Below, one piece after another: positions 62,301 to 64,000 of a stretch of DNA of 64,000 bases (the stretch's first letter is position 1; each line of letters opens with the position of its first letter). Position numbers and translations under genes: made by a program. Location of the stretch: assembly GCF_009914755.1 (NCBI RefSeq), contig NC_060933.1, one strand, 5' to 3'. Source of the DNA: the human T2T-CHM13v2.0 reference genome, Homo sapiens. The notes under the pieces were generated by a model. The model did not search any database. It saw only the letters and a list, made by a program, of their open reading frames with translations, and had not been told where the DNA came from.

Positions 62301-62612
62301 CATATGCCTCAAAGCGCTCCAAATGCACACTTGCAGATTCTACAAAAATGGTGTTTCAAAACTGACCAATCAAAAGTAAGGTTCAACTCTTTGAGATGAA
62401 TGCAGACATCACAAAGTAGTTTTTCAGAATGCTTCTGTCCAGTTTTTATGTGAAGATAAGTCCTTTTCTACTATAGGCCTCAAAGCACTCGAAATGTACA
62501 CTTGCAGATTCTACAAAAAGTGTGTTTCAAAGCTGCTCAATCAAAAGAAAGGTTCAATTCTGTGAGATGAATGCATGCATCATGAAGAAGTTTGTCAGAA
62601 TGCTTTTGTCTA
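44397..62612 (-). repeat. Diverged alpha satellite (~106 monomers of ~171 bp), no CENP-B boxes
   Basis: Tandem ~171-bp units aatgtccacttgcagattctacaaaaagagtgtttccaaactgctcaatcaaaagaaaggttcaactctgtgagatgaatgcacacatcacaaagaagtttctcaga... The box region reads tttccttttc(c/t)accatagg, not tcccgtttccaacgaa. Confidence 0.97.
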
Positions 62613-62966
62613 TTTTTTTTTTTTTTTTTTGTGAGCAACAAGGCTGTTTATTTCACCTGAGTGCAGGTGGGCTGAGTCCAAAAAGAGAGCAAAGGGTGAT
62701 CGGATTATCATTAGTTCTTATAGGTTTTGGAATAGGCAGTGGAGTTAGGAGCAATGTTTTGCGGGCAGGAGTTGGATCTCACAAAGTACATTCTCAAGGG
62801 TGGGGAGAATTACAAATTACAAAGAACCTTCTCAAAGGTGAGGGAGATTACAAAGAACTTTCTTAAGGGTGGGGGAGATTACAAAGTACATCAGTTAGTG
62901 TGAAGCAGAAACAAAACACAATGGTGGAATGTCATCAGTTAAGGCTATTTTCACTTCTTTTGTGGA

Positions 62967-62969
<3 letters not shown>
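62613..62969 (-). mobile_element. Polyadenylated HERV-H LTR7 (LTR7B/C-like) U3-R segment: 3' end of a retroposed transcript
   Basis: T18 (62613-62630) abuts gtgagcaacaaggctgtttattt, i.e. the LTR7 R end with AATAAA at 62647-62652 on the minus strand; U5 is missing. Internal aagggtgggg..attacaaa repeats are present. Confidence 0.85.
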
Positions 62970-63637
<668 letters not shown>

Positions 63638-64000
63638 GCCCTGCAAAAGCCGGAAAGCTGAACTGGCTGCTGAGCCCCTTCTGGTTGGCCACACAGTACC
63701 CACAACTGTAGCCCCTGGACTCCTAGTGTGGGCTAAGGTGGAGTGGACCCTCTGGCTTGGTCACAGTGCAATGGGCCACCTGGAAACTATCCAAAAGAGA
63801 AGCCCTACCAGCCCGTGCCCTAGGTGCAGCTGCCACCCGCACATCAGGCACCAGCAGCAATGACCAGACCATCCCTGATTCTCCATGCCCTCCCCATCCC
63901 CACGTCAACAGCAAGGAATCCCTGACAGGATGCAGCAGTAGTGGCTGTCAGGAAGTCGGCTGGGCAGGTGCATAACGATAAAGATAGACTCTCAGCCCCA
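63638..64000 (+). other. Unique, GC-richer sequence; putative 3' transduction from the source locus (runs off the window)
   Basis: Follows the A-rich tail with no TSD and no return to alpha satellite. Confidence 0.45.

Overview
Great-ape, most likely human, pericentromeric transition zone: an AluYa5 with all five diagnostic bases and an L1PA2-like element are present. No intact protein-coding gene, RNA gene or CRISPR array is supported. (i) 1-15.0 kb is euchromatin-like, probably duplicated sequence with old repeats: a Ricksha/MULE transposon holding a nested Alu monomer and a complete THE1C, L2/MIR/MLT1/MER63, a TSD-flanked 1.5-kb retrocopy of a probable 3'UTR, a 43-bp VNTR and a young L1 3' end. 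(ii) 15.0-17.4 kb is a 5'-inverted L1PA4-like element carrying the AluYa5 and forming the junction to the satellite. (iii) 17.4-44.4 kb is a 48-bp CER satellite array, interrupted by a full-length L1PA3/4-like element plus a second L1 3' end. (iv) 44.4-62.6 kb is CENP-B-box-less alpha satellite with a dimeric layer, relic ~12-14-monomer duplications and a layer change. (v) 62.6-64 kb is a polyadenylated composite insertion: an antisense HERV-H LTR7 3' piece joined head-to-head to an SVA-type VNTR, followed by what I recognise as the LAVA 3' module (U1-AluS-U2-L1ME5) and unique read-through sequence. LAVA is normally described as gibbon-specific, so this apparent LAVA-like element with 3' transduction and twin-priming inversion is the top finding. 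Repeat family names come from recalled consensus sequences, not from a database search.
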